Made by a program: the position numbers and the translations under genes. The notes beneath the pieces were generated by a model. The model had not been told where the DNA came from, ran no database searches, and saw only the letters and a list, made by a program, of their open reading frames with translations. A stretch of DNA of 64,000 bases from a virus: UHGV virus genome UHGV-1384413. The stretch is one strand, 5' to 3'. This document shows positions 54,811 to 64,000 of the stretch, one piece after another. Each line of letters opens with the position of its first letter. Position 1 is the first letter of the stretch.

Positions 54811-55077
54811 ATGAAATTAACTCAGTTTTTATGGGGGTTGGTTGCGGCATCTGATGACCCTACGAAAGTGTCCCAATCTAAGCTATGGTCAAACATAGGC
54901 ATGGCAGTGATGACTGGGGTGTTTATTCATATGGGGTACAATGATACGCTTCCTGAATGGTATGCGTGGATATACGCACCTTCGGTAGCTTGCCCCCAGC
55001 TTATTAGCAAATTCATCTCGCTCCGGTGGGGTTGCCAACACCCTGACCACGTTAAAAACGAAGAGCAAAAAGCTTAA
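54811..55077 (+). CDS. small hydrophobic protein (function unknown)
   Basis: 88 aa with two hydrophobic stretches (FLWGLVAA, IGMAVMTGVFIHMGY). Confidence 0.3.
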   Translation: MKLTQFLWGLVAASDDPTKVSQSKLWSNIGMAVMTGVFIHMGYNDTLPEWYAWIYAPSVACPQLISKFISLRWGCQHPDHVKNEEQKA

Positions 55078-55086
55078 GGAGAAATC

Positions 55087-56832
55087 ATGGCGCAAGACAT
55101 GACAAGCTTCGAGCAAGCGGTAGATCAAGTAATTGTTGATTCTGAACGTTTGCACTTGATTGTCAACGGTAACGCTGTGGATGAAGTTGTCGTAGAGGAT
55201 GGGACCACTATCCCTACGGTACGAAAAGCCATGCTTGACACCCTTTATTTTAAAACGCCACCAATCCCTTGGGCGTATGGTGCATCCACAACAGTTTTTA
55301 ACCAGTTGTACGAGTTTAAAGGGGATACAGGCACTCAGTGGTGGTACGCCCCAGCAGCATCAAAATCTAACCCGGTTAGGATGCCAGCAGATCCTTCACA
55401 ATCTCCGAACTGGAGATTATACACCGATTCTGCAGTAATGGCAAAATACTACGCAAAACTTAACAGCCCAAGGTTCGAAGGTGACCCGAGAGCACCTACA
55501 CCTCCAATGGATGATAAGTCTGAGTCTATAGCAAACACAGAGTTTGTTGTTGACTATGTGGATAGCATATTTAAAGCCATGGAGGGGATGAAAGTTACTG
55601 TAGGATCTTTGGTGGTAAAAGGTCTTACAGAACTTGCTAACACTATAGTTGGGGGCACCCTTACCTTACACGGACCTGTTAATGGAGCAGATTCTACTGC
55701 ACGCTTCAGGAACCTAATCCTTACGGCAAATACTTCTACACTGACTTTTGCGTGGAGCGATCCTAAGCATGCAGACTGGAGAAGCACAGAGCTGCAACCT
55801 CATGAAGTATCAACTCACAGAGTTATAGCTGACACTATAACTTCTGGGAAACCAGTGGCTAATAACAACGATGTGCATTTTGATGGTCTAGGTAATAACT
55901 TTTTTGACTACGTGTACATTCGCGGTAATGCCATGAAGGCAGCCACCGAACCGACATTGCAGGTTGATGGGACCACCAGGGTTAAGAACCTTGAGGTGAC
56001 AGGGACCGTTACAGGGATAACCTACTCTGTAGATGGCACCATGATCTACCCTAGCTATATTGAAAGCACGGGAGATGCACTGATCAATGGGGATTTAGAG
56101 GTTGGCGGATCTATAGTCATTCGTGGCACAGCATCTGTCCAGAACATATCTTTAAATACTCTGAGGGTGAATGAGCGTGCCACTTTTGAAGGAGAAGGGC
56201 TTACAGCCAACAAAGGTGCAATTACCGAGCTGACAACCACCACTCTAACTGCAACAACTGCAAACTCTGAAAACTGCAACGTTACCAGAAACTTGCAGGT
56301 AAATGGAGATGTTAGTTTAAACGCAGCAGGGACGGGCACCACCTACCTTCACAACCTTGAAATATCAGGTACAGTGACTGGGTGGCTGCCAGACTTCTCT
56401 AATGTCAACTTTGTCTGTAACGGCATTAACTCCAGTGGCAAGATAACCACCTCTCAAGAAATTGAAGCTGGTAAAACTATTACTGCCCCTGCTTTCCATG
56501 CAGGGAAGGTGGAGTTTGACTTAGAGGAGGCTGACGCATCTGGTGGGACATGGACACCTAACGGGCAGGCCAATATGTATGTTGTCCACGCGAAAGGGGA
56601 TTTTACAATAGGGCCATGGCCTGGAACATCGGCTGAAGATAAACCTTACCCGTTCACTGCAATCATCTATGTCATTCAGGATGCTGTAGGCCACAACGTG
56701 ACTTTACACGATAAATATGCCATACTGTCGGCTACTCCTGTTATTAACAACAAAGCCAACAGCGTCACTTTGCTACAATTGACATATTGTGGTGTTGGTG
56801 ATATTGTGGATGTGGTTATTGCACAACGTTAA
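55087..56832 (+). CDS. tail fibre protein
   Basis: 581 aa; Thr/Gly/Asn-rich beta-strand repeats; terminator follows. Confidence 0.45.
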   Translation: MAQDMTSFEQAVDQVIVDSERLHLIVNGNAVDEVVVEDGTTIPTVRKAMLDTLYFKTPPIPWAYGASTTVFNQLYEFKGDTGTQWWYAPAASKSNPVRMPADPSQSPNWRLYTDSAVMAKYYAKLNSPRFEGDPRAPTPPMDDKSESIANTEFVVDYVDSIFKAMEGMKVTVGSLVVKGLTELANTIVGGTLTLHGPVNGADSTARFRNLILTANTSTLTFAWSDPKHADWRSTELQPHEVSTHRVIADTITSGKPVANNNDVHFDGLGNNFFDYVYIRGNAMKAATEPTLQVDGTTRVKNLEVTGTVTGITYSVDGTMIYPSYIESTGDALINGDLEVGGSIVIRGTASVQNISLNTLRVNERATFEGEGLTANKGAITELTTTTLTATTANSENCNVTRNLQVNGDVSLNAAGTGTTYLHNLEISGTVTGWLPDFSNVNFVCNGINSSGKITTSQEIEAGKTITAPAFHAGKVEFDLEEADASGGTWTPNGQANMYVVHAKGDFTIGPWPGTSAEDKPYPFTAIIYVIQDAVGHNVTLHDKYAILSATPVINNKANSVTLLQLTYCGVGDIVDVVIAQR

Positions 56833-56841
56833 TATATCTGA

Positions 56842-56866
56842 CCGCTCCTGACGGGGCGGTTTTCTT
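56842..56866 (+). terminator. hairpin terminator
   Basis: ccgctcc-tgac-ggggcgg then TTTTC. Confidence 0.5.
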
Positions 56867-56880
56867 ATCTGGAGAACACA

Positions 56881-59800
56881 ATGCTTCCAATCCCTTTGCT
56901 AAAACTTGGTCGTCATTTCCTCGATAAGAGGGGTGGAGTTAAGGAACTTGCTGTTCTGTCATACCCAATAGACAACAGTGACGGTACAAGCACTACAGTA
57001 GCTTATGTAAACAGCTTAGCTATACTTTTTGACGATGGTCAGCTTAATATTACTGGCTATAACAAGTTCGGAGAGTGTCGCACTGGGGATCGTAGCCCTA
57101 TAAACTACCCGAGCGAGACAGCTTGGAATGTTGATCATGTGTGGAGAGCAGACCGTGCGTTTGTGATCCGGACTTTTGATAACCAGTTTTTCTACATCGG
57201 CTGCACTGCAGGTCTTATCGGATCCACTGCGGCAGGTGGTAACGATGTTTGCGTAAACGAGTGGACACCTCTTCCTGAACAGATTGTTAAAGGGTTACAC
57301 CTTGACACGCACCCAGAGCGCCTTGTTGAGGTGATGGGTGGTATTAACAACACTGTTTGGGTTATTGCAGAGGCAGAAGGCACTGGCATACTGAACTTGT
57401 ATGGATCTGGTAACAACACCTACGGATCTTTGCATGTAGATAAAAACCAGCATGCAACTCCTGTAAAGATTGGTGAAACATCAGAAAATCCTGAAACAGG
57501 CCCTTGGAAAAACCCAAGCATTAACTGCGAGGTGCATGATAACTCTGTTATTTTCGGTGGGCCTAGAGGTTTTTGGATTGCTGGATACGACTTTCTGAGA
57601 AACAACAGTAGAAACGACCTTGTTTGGCCCCCTGCTCAGATTACTCGCAACGATTTGAAAGGCATTCCTGCAGATGAGGAGTGGAAAGGATTCATGTGTG
57701 GTCCGAACGGGGCGATAATTGCAACGCAGAGGATGCACAAGCCTAATGATCAGCAGCTTGTTAACGTATTCTACGGGCAAGATGTCTGGGGAGATGATAC
57801 ATGGCGTTCCTTAAATATTACCTACACCCATGAAGTAATAATGGCTCGTGGGTACGGAACAAGTGGCATTTTCTTCAATAATGGCACTAAGCAGTATCGC
57901 GGATTCTCTCGCAACTTATGTAATGATATTGGCGCACAATCTGCAAACAATAACCCTAGGGCCAATTTTATCCACTATCAAGCTCTTGCCACAGCCAAAT
58001 ACGTTGAGCAACGCCTCCCAGTTAGCTGGACAGAGAGTGTTTATTTCCAAGGCATTCACAGAGAAGGTTTTTTAGGGACCTTTACTGTTGTTAATGGTAA
58101 ACTTTGGTGGTCAGGTATCCCAAGGGGAAGTTTTGCAGGTTCTAATAACCTGTTTGGCGGCAGACTTAATAGTCAAGGGTTCACAGAGGTTCCTGAGAAT
58201 TGGTATAAAAATGTCCCAGTAGACAGTTGGGGTGTTGATGATATTTTTGACGTTAACGGTGTTAGCAGTGTTAGCAATATTTACATTGGTGACACGGTCA
58301 AGATGAAATTGAAGCCTCAGCCAGAGGGGGCTACGTTCATTATTGACAAGATTGAACTGGTAAATGCTGCGGGTACGGTTGTTACAGATGCAAATTACCA
58401 ATTCTCCACCAACTGGAACCACGGCGGGGCCAACGAAGTTGTTGTTACACAGTATAACAGGAATGTTAACAGACGTGGCCTGTACTCTGTAAAAATAACC
58501 TATCACGACAAGCATGGCACAGGTAGAACGCACACGACAAGGACTTTGAACTGGAACACCATAGTTCCTGCGTATCCTTCTGACGGTAAGTGGCATACTG
58601 TCGGTAGAAACAAACAGTTCCATGTTAATGACACTGTATACTTCGGGTTGAATGGGACTCAGCCTGCGGTAGAAGGAGATACATCGTACATGGTCCGACT
58701 CCACAGAATGGATGCTGGATCAGTAACTTATGATGTTACCCAAGAGATTTATAATCAGCGACGGAATACCTATAATAACTTGGTGCAGACACAGGCCTTA
58801 TGGGAGTTCAACCCAAACGGTAGAGGTGGTAAAATGCTGCAGGTCAACGAACAAAACGGAACGTCGTTGACTGTCCACGAACACCCAGACCCTTGGCCTG
58901 ATCCTGGAAAACCTCACCCAGGTGCTCGTACACTGAAAATTGTCAGCCATGATGCAGGATATTTCGGAATACGCTGGGAAGCCACAGTAAGATATGCCGA
59001 CGGGACAACAAACAACATAGGGATTACACTCGGCGGTACTAGTGAGGATAACTCGCTGAAAATTGCCTACACCCCTAGAGGTATCTCTGTTGATAATATG
59101 GATGTTGTTCGCAATGGTTACGGCGATGTGAATGTCAAAGTTACTCTTGGCGAACATCTTGGTGGGGAAAGGATCATTATGTATGCCTTTGATCATGACC
59201 CACGAACCGATGGAACTTATGCAAATCAGGCATGGAGTTACCTGATAAATGCACCTGAGCCGAATACTAAAGAGTTCTACTACGGTATGAAGCGAGATGC
59301 GTGCAAGAAAACAGGAACACATGACTGGATTGCTATCTGCGTTAAAGATGAGCGCACAGCTTGGGATGAGCCTGTTAACAGATGGTTCATAGGTATTCCT
59401 ACCCGGAGTGATAAGTATGTCGCAGAGTATATTGTATGCATGGGCGGTACCAACCTAAACATGTGTTGGAACGAAGATGCAAACAAATACTCTGATTATG
59501 ACTATATGAGAGATTACTCTTGTAATCAGTGGTTTAACCAATCAACAGGGTATCCTCCACGTCAGGCGAGAGTAAACCCTGCAATCTTTACAGATACGCA
59601 GGTTTTCTTGACAAAACAGGCCAATGAGGTTCAGACCTTCAAGAACAAATATGACCCTAACAAATGGTTTTATAACTGTTATGGCGCATTTTTCTGGGGT
59701 CCTGGCGAACTGCCTAATGGAGGATCTTGCTTCGAGGCTGCAACTTACGCCAGTGATTACATCATGGGCCAGGTTAAGAAGTATAAGATAATTCCAGGTC

Positions 59801-62508
59801 CTGAAACTCTTGGTAATGCCGTTGACCCTTATATCATCATGACTGCGCTGAGATCAAACATGGACGGGACATCCATGTCTATGCAGATTCCAGTAACAAA
59901 TGGGTACAAACGTGTTGTGATGATTATTAAGTGTGACTTAATAGGTAAACAAGTCCTTGCAGAAAACGGGACCTCCACACATCCTTTTGAGATTGCTCTG
60001 CACTATCAGTTTGCTGACTCACCCTTTTCAGGGGATAAGAGAATATCTGATACAGATGCGCAGCGTTGTAAGAAGGTATTGTTGGGTGCAGGTTGGTGGT
60101 GGTATGAATTTGATTTAACAGACAAATTCACCGACACGTCAAAAGTTGTAACAGGGCTTCGTCTAGACCTTGGCGAGAACATGCACAAAGCTGTTTGTGA
60201 TGGCACCTATGGTGACCCTACAGTATATCTGAAGTATGTCTCTTTTGAGCATCCGGAAGATGTTGTTTACGGTCCAAAACTGAGATTGTTTGGCAGTTGG
60301 ATTGCAAAAGACAGGGTAGGCATGGGTAAAAAGGTAAGAGGGTTCTTAGTTGATGCAGGAACAGAAGACATGCTGGTTAATGCAGTATGGCCTGAATTAC
60401 CTGGGACTCAGTGGAATAACTCAGCCAAGTCTATAAACTGGTTCAACATTCACAGAGCTATGTGGACCACTAACTGCTACTTGTGGAGAGAGCTTAACGA
60501 TCAGGCTTTTGGCTTCGGTAACGGCAGAAGGATGGCGATCATTTGCTGGACAACGCTGCAAAGATGCTATGACCATGATTACGAGATTGGTGGTAGGGCA
60601 TGGAAAAATATCAGGGATAGAATCATAACCAATTTTGCAGACGACAACGGCGGTGGAGCACATAACTTTGGCACAAGCCGACTTATCCATTTGAACGGAT
60701 CCTCAGCCTACAAGAAAGAAGGTTACTCTGGGTCTATGATTGAGTGGGGTTTGGTGAAAGATGCTCGCGTATTGATGGGTCAACAACTTGCTGCTGCAAT
60801 AGGTCCTAACGCAGTGCAGTCTGTTAAGCCAGCGTGGTTCGATATACCAATATGGTCATCTGGAACACCGGGAACTGCGGCAATCAACCCTACCACTGGG
60901 GATTTGGAAATCTCTTGGGAGGACTTAAAGCAGGTTGGCGGCTGGGATAAGACAGGGTACCAGGTGCAATGGTGGAGATCTGACGGATCGTTAGCAGCTG
61001 ATGAGTTTGTTAAGGACAATTTCTACACCATGTCCTCTGCAAAAGCCCAGCAATTGTTTGGTCAGGCCACTCCGTCAACGATCACTATGTCTATGTGTTG
61101 TAAAGACAACAGAACTGGAGCTTTGGGACCAAGGGTTGCTAAAGTTTTCTCAGGTATTAAATGGAATCTCCCTGTTCAAAGTGTTTCATGGAAGCAAATA
61201 GGTGATAACAAGCTACTGGTTACTCCTGCCTGCCAGTTCAACGCAACCCTCAACGTTGATCCGGCTGTTGCAGCAAACTCAGCTAAAGCTTCTGACTTCT
61301 CTGTGTCTAACACTGCTATGGCAGATGTGAGAAAGATTGACACACTGAATGCCAGAATTACCTGTAAAAACACTTATGGCACATTCCAGATCATCAACAA
61401 CTTCACAGATGCTGATTCTAAGGTAGTGAGGACAGCAAGCCAGACTATGCAGTTGGGAACTCTGGCATACTCTGCCTTGATCACTGAACAATCTCCTACC
61501 CTTCAGGGTGGGGGTGTTGGTAAGTTGATCACAACACCTGTGTGGAAGCCAAATGAGTGGGTTGTGTTTGATTTGACTGTAGACTTCTCCAGTGACAATA
61601 ACTGGACATGGGTAAGGAATTGCTTGTCACAGTTGATGGGTGGTCCAAGCTCTGTTAGTGATAGCCACGACTCTACTGACCCGAGCGTGTTCCAGGTGGG
61701 TAAAACTCACCCAGAAACTGGGGCACAGTTGCCTGACAGGAAGTATGCTTTGGTTTGCATCTCCAACGGCAAGGCAGATGTAACCTTCTCAGGGACACAC
61801 ACATATAACGGCACTTACAACTTCTCTAAAAAGTACAGCCTCAAGGCAGGTAACATTGTAGATGAAGTTGGTGCGTTGTATAATCCAGGTAACGGCATAG
61901 GGATTGTGGGCGGTAAACTGCAGATGCAGGAACCTTCTATAACCCCAGCCAACGTGCCTGGTATCAGAAAAACTTGGGAAAGTAGCAATACCAATATTGC
62001 AACAGTGGATGCTACCACAGGACTGGTAACATTTAAGGCTACCGAGAATGTCACCATAAGGTTTGTAGTTACAGATGATGCAGGCCGCAAAACGTCTTCA
62101 ACATCGTTTACTGTCAAACAGATGGCACCTCAGTGGTTTATTTGGGAAGGAAATCCTCTTGACGGGGCTTACCCTAGACCTGCAGGAACGTCTAATATGA
62201 GGGTCTTTACCGGTCCAGTCATGGACAATCCAACCACAACCACCAACCCTGCATTTTTTGGTGCTTACATACCTGAAATTATTGGCCTACCAAGGAACCA
62301 AATACAATTGCTTTTCGGGGCAGGCGTTGATGGTCTAGCCACTTTCGGGTACAGTGACAACATTGATGCAGCCAGAAGCTCCGGTTGGATTGGATTTAAG
62401 TTCCAGTGGAACCCTGGTGGTAGAACATTAGGTCTCGCAAGTATAGGTGTTATGCTGCCTGGCAACCAGCAATACCATCTCGAAGCTTATACAAACTTCC
62501 CTAGTTAA
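56881..62508 (+). CDS. giant tail fibre / adhesin-like protein with Ig-like (Big_2-type) domain
   Basis: 1875 aa; N-terminal Gly/Asn-rich repeats (LYGSGNNTYGSLHV) suggestive of a beta-propeller; Big_2-like segment TWESSNTNIATVDATTGLVTFKATENVTIRFVVTDDAGRKTSSTSFTVK. Confidence 0.5.
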   Translation: MLPIPLLKLGRHFLDKRGGVKELAVLSYPIDNSDGTSTTVAYVNSLAILFDDGQLNITGYNKFGECRTGDRSPINYPSETAWNVDHVWRADRAFVIRTFDNQFFYIGCTAGLIGSTAAGGNDVCVNEWTPLPEQIVKGLHLDTHPERLVEVMGGINNTVWVIAEAEGTGILNLYGSGNNTYGSLHVDKNQHATPVKIGETSENPETGPWKNPSINCEVHDNSVIFGGPRGFWIAGYDFLRNNSRNDLVWPPAQITRNDLKGIPADEEWKGFMCGPNGAIIATQRMHKPNDQQLVNVFYGQDVWGDDTWRSLNITYTHEVIMARGYGTSGIFFNNGTKQYRGFSRNLCNDIGAQSANNNPRANFIHYQALATAKYVEQRLPVSWTESVYFQGIHREGFLGTFTVVNGKLWWSGIPRGSFAGSNNLFGGRLNSQGFTEVPENWYKNVPVDSWGVDDIFDVNGVSSVSNIYIGDTVKMKLKPQPEGATFIIDKIELVNAAGTVVTDANYQFSTNWNHGGANEVVVTQYNRNVNRRGLYSVKITYHDKHGTGRTHTTRTLNWNTIVPAYPSDGKWHTVGRNKQFHVNDTVYFGLNGTQPAVEGDTSYMVRLHRMDAGSVTYDVTQEIYNQRRNTYNNLVQTQALWEFNPNGRGGKMLQVNEQNGTSLTVHEHPDPWPDPGKPHPGARTLKIVSHDAGYFGIRWEATVRYADGTTNNIGITLGGTSEDNSLKIAYTPRGISVDNMDVVRNGYGDVNVKVTLGEHLGGERIIMYAFDHDPRTDGTYANQAWSYLINAPEPNTKEFYYGMKRDACKKTGTHDWIAICVKDERTAWDEPVNRWFIGIPTRSDKYVAEYIVCMGGTNLNMCWNEDANKYSDYDYMRDYSCNQWFNQSTGYPPRQARVNPAIFTDTQVFLTKQANEVQTFKNKYDPNKWFYNCYGAFFWGPGELPNGGSCFEAATYASDYIMGQVKKYKIIPGPETLGNAVDPYIIMTALRSNMDGTSMSMQIPVTNGYKRVVMIIKCDLIGKQVLAENGTSTHPFEIALHYQFADSPFSGDKRISDTDAQRCKKVLLGAGWWWYEFDLTDKFTDTSKVVTGLRLDLGENMHKAVCDGTYGDPTVYLKYVSFEHPEDVVYGPKLRLFGSWIAKDRVGMGKKVRGFLVDAGTEDMLVNAVWPELPGTQWNNSAKSINWFNIHRAMWTTNCYLWRELNDQAFGFGNGRRMAIICWTTLQRCYDHDYEIGGRAWKNIRDRIITNFADDNGGGAHNFGTSRLIHLNGSSAYKKEGYSGSMIEWGLVKDARVLMGQQLAAAIGPNAVQSVKPAWFDIPIWSSGTPGTAAINPTTGDLEISWEDLKQVGGWDKTGYQVQWWRSDGSLAADEFVKDNFYTMSSAKAQQLFGQATPSTITMSMCCKDNRTGALGPRVAKVFSGIKWNLPVQSVSWKQIGDNKLLVTPACQFNATLNVDPAVAANSAKASDFSVSNTAMADVRKIDTLNARITCKNTYGTFQIINNFTDADSKVVRTASQTMQLGTLAYSALITEQSPTLQGGGVGKLITTPVWKPNEWVVFDLTVDFSSDNNWTWVRNCLSQLMGGPSSVSDSHDSTDPSVFQVGKTHPETGAQLPDRKYALVCISNGKADVTFSGTHTYNGTYNFSKKYSLKAGNIVDEVGALYNPGNGIGIVGGKLQMQEPSITPANVPGIRKTWESSNTNIATVDATTGLVTFKATENVTIRFVVTDDAGRKTSSTSFTVKQMAPQWFIWEGNPLDGAYPRPAGTSNMRVFTGPVMDNPTTTTNPAFFGAYIPEIIGLPRNQIQLLFGAGVDGLATFGYSDNIDAARSSGWIGFKFQWNPGGRTLGLASIGVMLPGNQQYHLEAYTNFPS

Positions 62509-62520
62509 CAGGAGGCAAAT

Positions 62521-62550
62521 AAAAAGGGGCCGTTTGGCCCCTTTCTTTTA
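62521..62550. terminator. bidirectional hairpin terminator between convergent genes
   Basis: aaaaaggggcc-gttt-ggccccttt flanked by A- and T-tracts on both sides. Confidence 0.7.
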
Positions 62551-62553
62551 TAA

Positions 62554-62754
62554 TTAGTAATATTCCCAACACGACCCATCTTCAGACGGCTGGACACGCT
62601 TACCTTTGTAGTCAACATAGGTGTAACCACAACCTTCGCAGATAACAGGTGCTGCATAGCCTTCCTTCCACTGATCCTCAGTGATCAGACCTTCAAAATC
62701 TTTGCAGTCAAAGCCAAATAACTCTTCAGAGCAATCTTTACAAAAATCAGCCAT
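62554..62754 (-). CDS. small zinc-ribbon protein
   Basis: 66 aa; CKDC..CEGC Cys pairs. Confidence 0.35.
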   Translation of the reverse strand: MADFCKDCSEELFGFDCKDFEGLITEDQWKEGYAAPVICEGCGYTYVDYKGKRVQPSEDGSCWEYY

Positions 62755-62757
62755 TTC

Positions 62758-63240
62758 TCAGTCCTCGCATTTAACAAATTTTTCTACAGATCCACCAAGC
62801 ACAGCTTGTTGTTTGATGGCACTTTCTTCATCATAGTGGATAGACTTATGTTCCGTACCTCCAAACTTGCCTGTGTGGAAGGTGTGCACCCAAATCTCTT
62901 TAGGAAGGGATTTATTCTCTTCTTCCACCAACTCCCACATTCCCCATAAGTGATCTGTGATATCTCTGATGAAATATCCCTCGCCGAGGTTTGTATTCAC
63001 ACTGTAGGCCGATTCGTGATCTCCGCAAATATAACGGAAGGCAGTGTACTCTTTCCCTGGCGTGAAGTGGGTATCCATTAGTATGGCTGTTAAAGAATTA
63101 GGGTCTCGAAATCCCAAAAACTTTAGTTTAACAATTTCGACGTTCACACTTGCAAGATTATCCATGACAATCTCCTCTGCTTGGTTGATGAGATAATCAT
63201 ATATAAATCTGGTGTTGATGTCAAGCTTAATTTTAAGCAA
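62758..63240 (-). CDS. hypothetical protein
   Basis: 160-aa ORF; first gene of the next minus-strand block. Confidence 0.35.
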   Translation of the reverse strand: MLKIKLDINTRFIYDYLINQAEEIVMDNLASVNVEIVKLKFLGFRDPNSLTAILMDTHFTPGKEYTAFRYICGDHESAYSVNTNLGEGYFIRDITDHLWGMWELVEEENKSLPKEIWVHTFHTGKFGGTEHKSIHYDEESAIKQQAVLGGSVEKFVKCED

Positions 63241-63328
63241 TTTGAGAGGGTATTTTATTTAGAGAGGTAATCACACAGAGGTAGGTAGTTTATGAAGGCA
63301 CAGGCCTCGTTTGAGGCCTTAAAACAGA

Positions 63329-63709
63329 TTATGACGATTTGACGTAGCGCTCTGACAAAGCTGGGAAGCCAAAAGCAGCACCTACACTACCGTACGCTAT
63401 CCACCATTGAAGTTCATCGTGACACCATTTTCCGATCAGAAAGGTGCTGGGGTAGCGAGTTAATATTTTGGCATAAGCTTTAGGGTCTGCATCCTCTGGG
63501 ATAATGATGCTTGGAACATCTTTGTTATGACCACAGCAGCAGTTTAGAGTTTTCAATCCTGCCGCCCATAGGCTCATGATAGGCTTAGCCATGCACTTAT
63601 CAAGGCACACACGTTTTTTGCCGTCACGGAGCTTTTTAGGCACATCAACGATAACATTTTGATGCTTGGCACCTTTCACTTTCCAATTATAGGATTTACA
63701 CTTGCACAT
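63329..63709 (-). CDS. Cys-rich hypothetical protein
   Basis: 126 aa with CKCK, CLDKC and CCCGHN clusters. Confidence 0.35.
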   Translation of the reverse strand: MCKCKSYNWKVKGAKHQNVIVDVPKKLRDGKKRVCLDKCMAKPIMSLWAAGLKTLNCCCGHNKDVPSIIIPEDADPKAYAKILTRYPSTFLIGKWCHDELQWWIAYGSVGAAFGFPALSERYVKSS

Positions 63710-64000
63710 TTAATCAGTCTCCATCTAGAAAGCAATACTTTACTTAAAATCTTTGTCACCTATTACGATTGCACGAATCCACTCATTGTGATGTTCAATG
63801 GCGGTAAGGTGTAACATAATGCAGTGATTGTCATTACTAAACACGGTACGGTAAGCTTTAGCAGCACCATGATATAACTTCCACATTAAGTAATGATACC
63901 TTCGTTTCATGGCTCTTTCTCCGGTTCAGGATCTGGGTAATCTTCAATAATAAAAGGCCATCCATTACGCTTTGCGTCAGACTTATATTTAATCTCCTTC

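Noticed and set aside
1-64000. Temperate lifestyle or prophage with att sites
   Set aside because: No integrase, repressor/Cro pair or attachment-like repeats were seen in the window; gene content reads as a lytic phage, although the window is only part of the genome
63720-64000. Additional short minus-strand ORFs at the right edge (about 56 aa at 63742-63909 and a partial ORF from 63913)
   Set aside because: Below the size threshold or truncated by the window edge, with no motif; too weak to call

Overview
This window reads as a contiguous piece of a virulent contractile-tailed phage genome with enterobacterial-style promoters and Shine-Dalgarno sites (inference from sequence only; no database search was possible). 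Positions 1-9288 are a minus-strand block of early/DNA-metabolism genes: RuvC-like resolvase, FEN-type 5'-3' exonuclease, lambda R-like endolysin, ATP-dependent DNA ligase, MazG-like, Sir2-like and RNA ligase genes. It is divergently paired with a plus-strand polynucleotide kinase and metallophosphoesterase (9410-10382), together a candidate RNA-repair locus. Next come a winged-helix gene followed by four 21-bp-spaced palindromic iterons and a 650-bp ORF-free region, then a promoter-driven cluster of six tRNAs plus one atypical tRNA-like gene. A spanin pair precedes a large terminase gene that is split after its Walker B motif by an ~0.9-kb insert encoding an HNH endonuclease (probable group I intron). 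From 17.7 kb to 62.5 kb all genes are plus-strand morphogenesis genes: portal, scaffold, capsid, sheath/tube, frameshift-type chaperone, tape measure, baseplate proteins and at least eight fibre or spike genes, punctuated by strong hairpin terminators and a recurring TGnTAAAAT promoter motif. The last 1.5 kb returns to minus-strand small genes. The most notable items are the RNA-repair/Sir2 operon, the atypical tRNA, the interrupted terminase and the iteron array.
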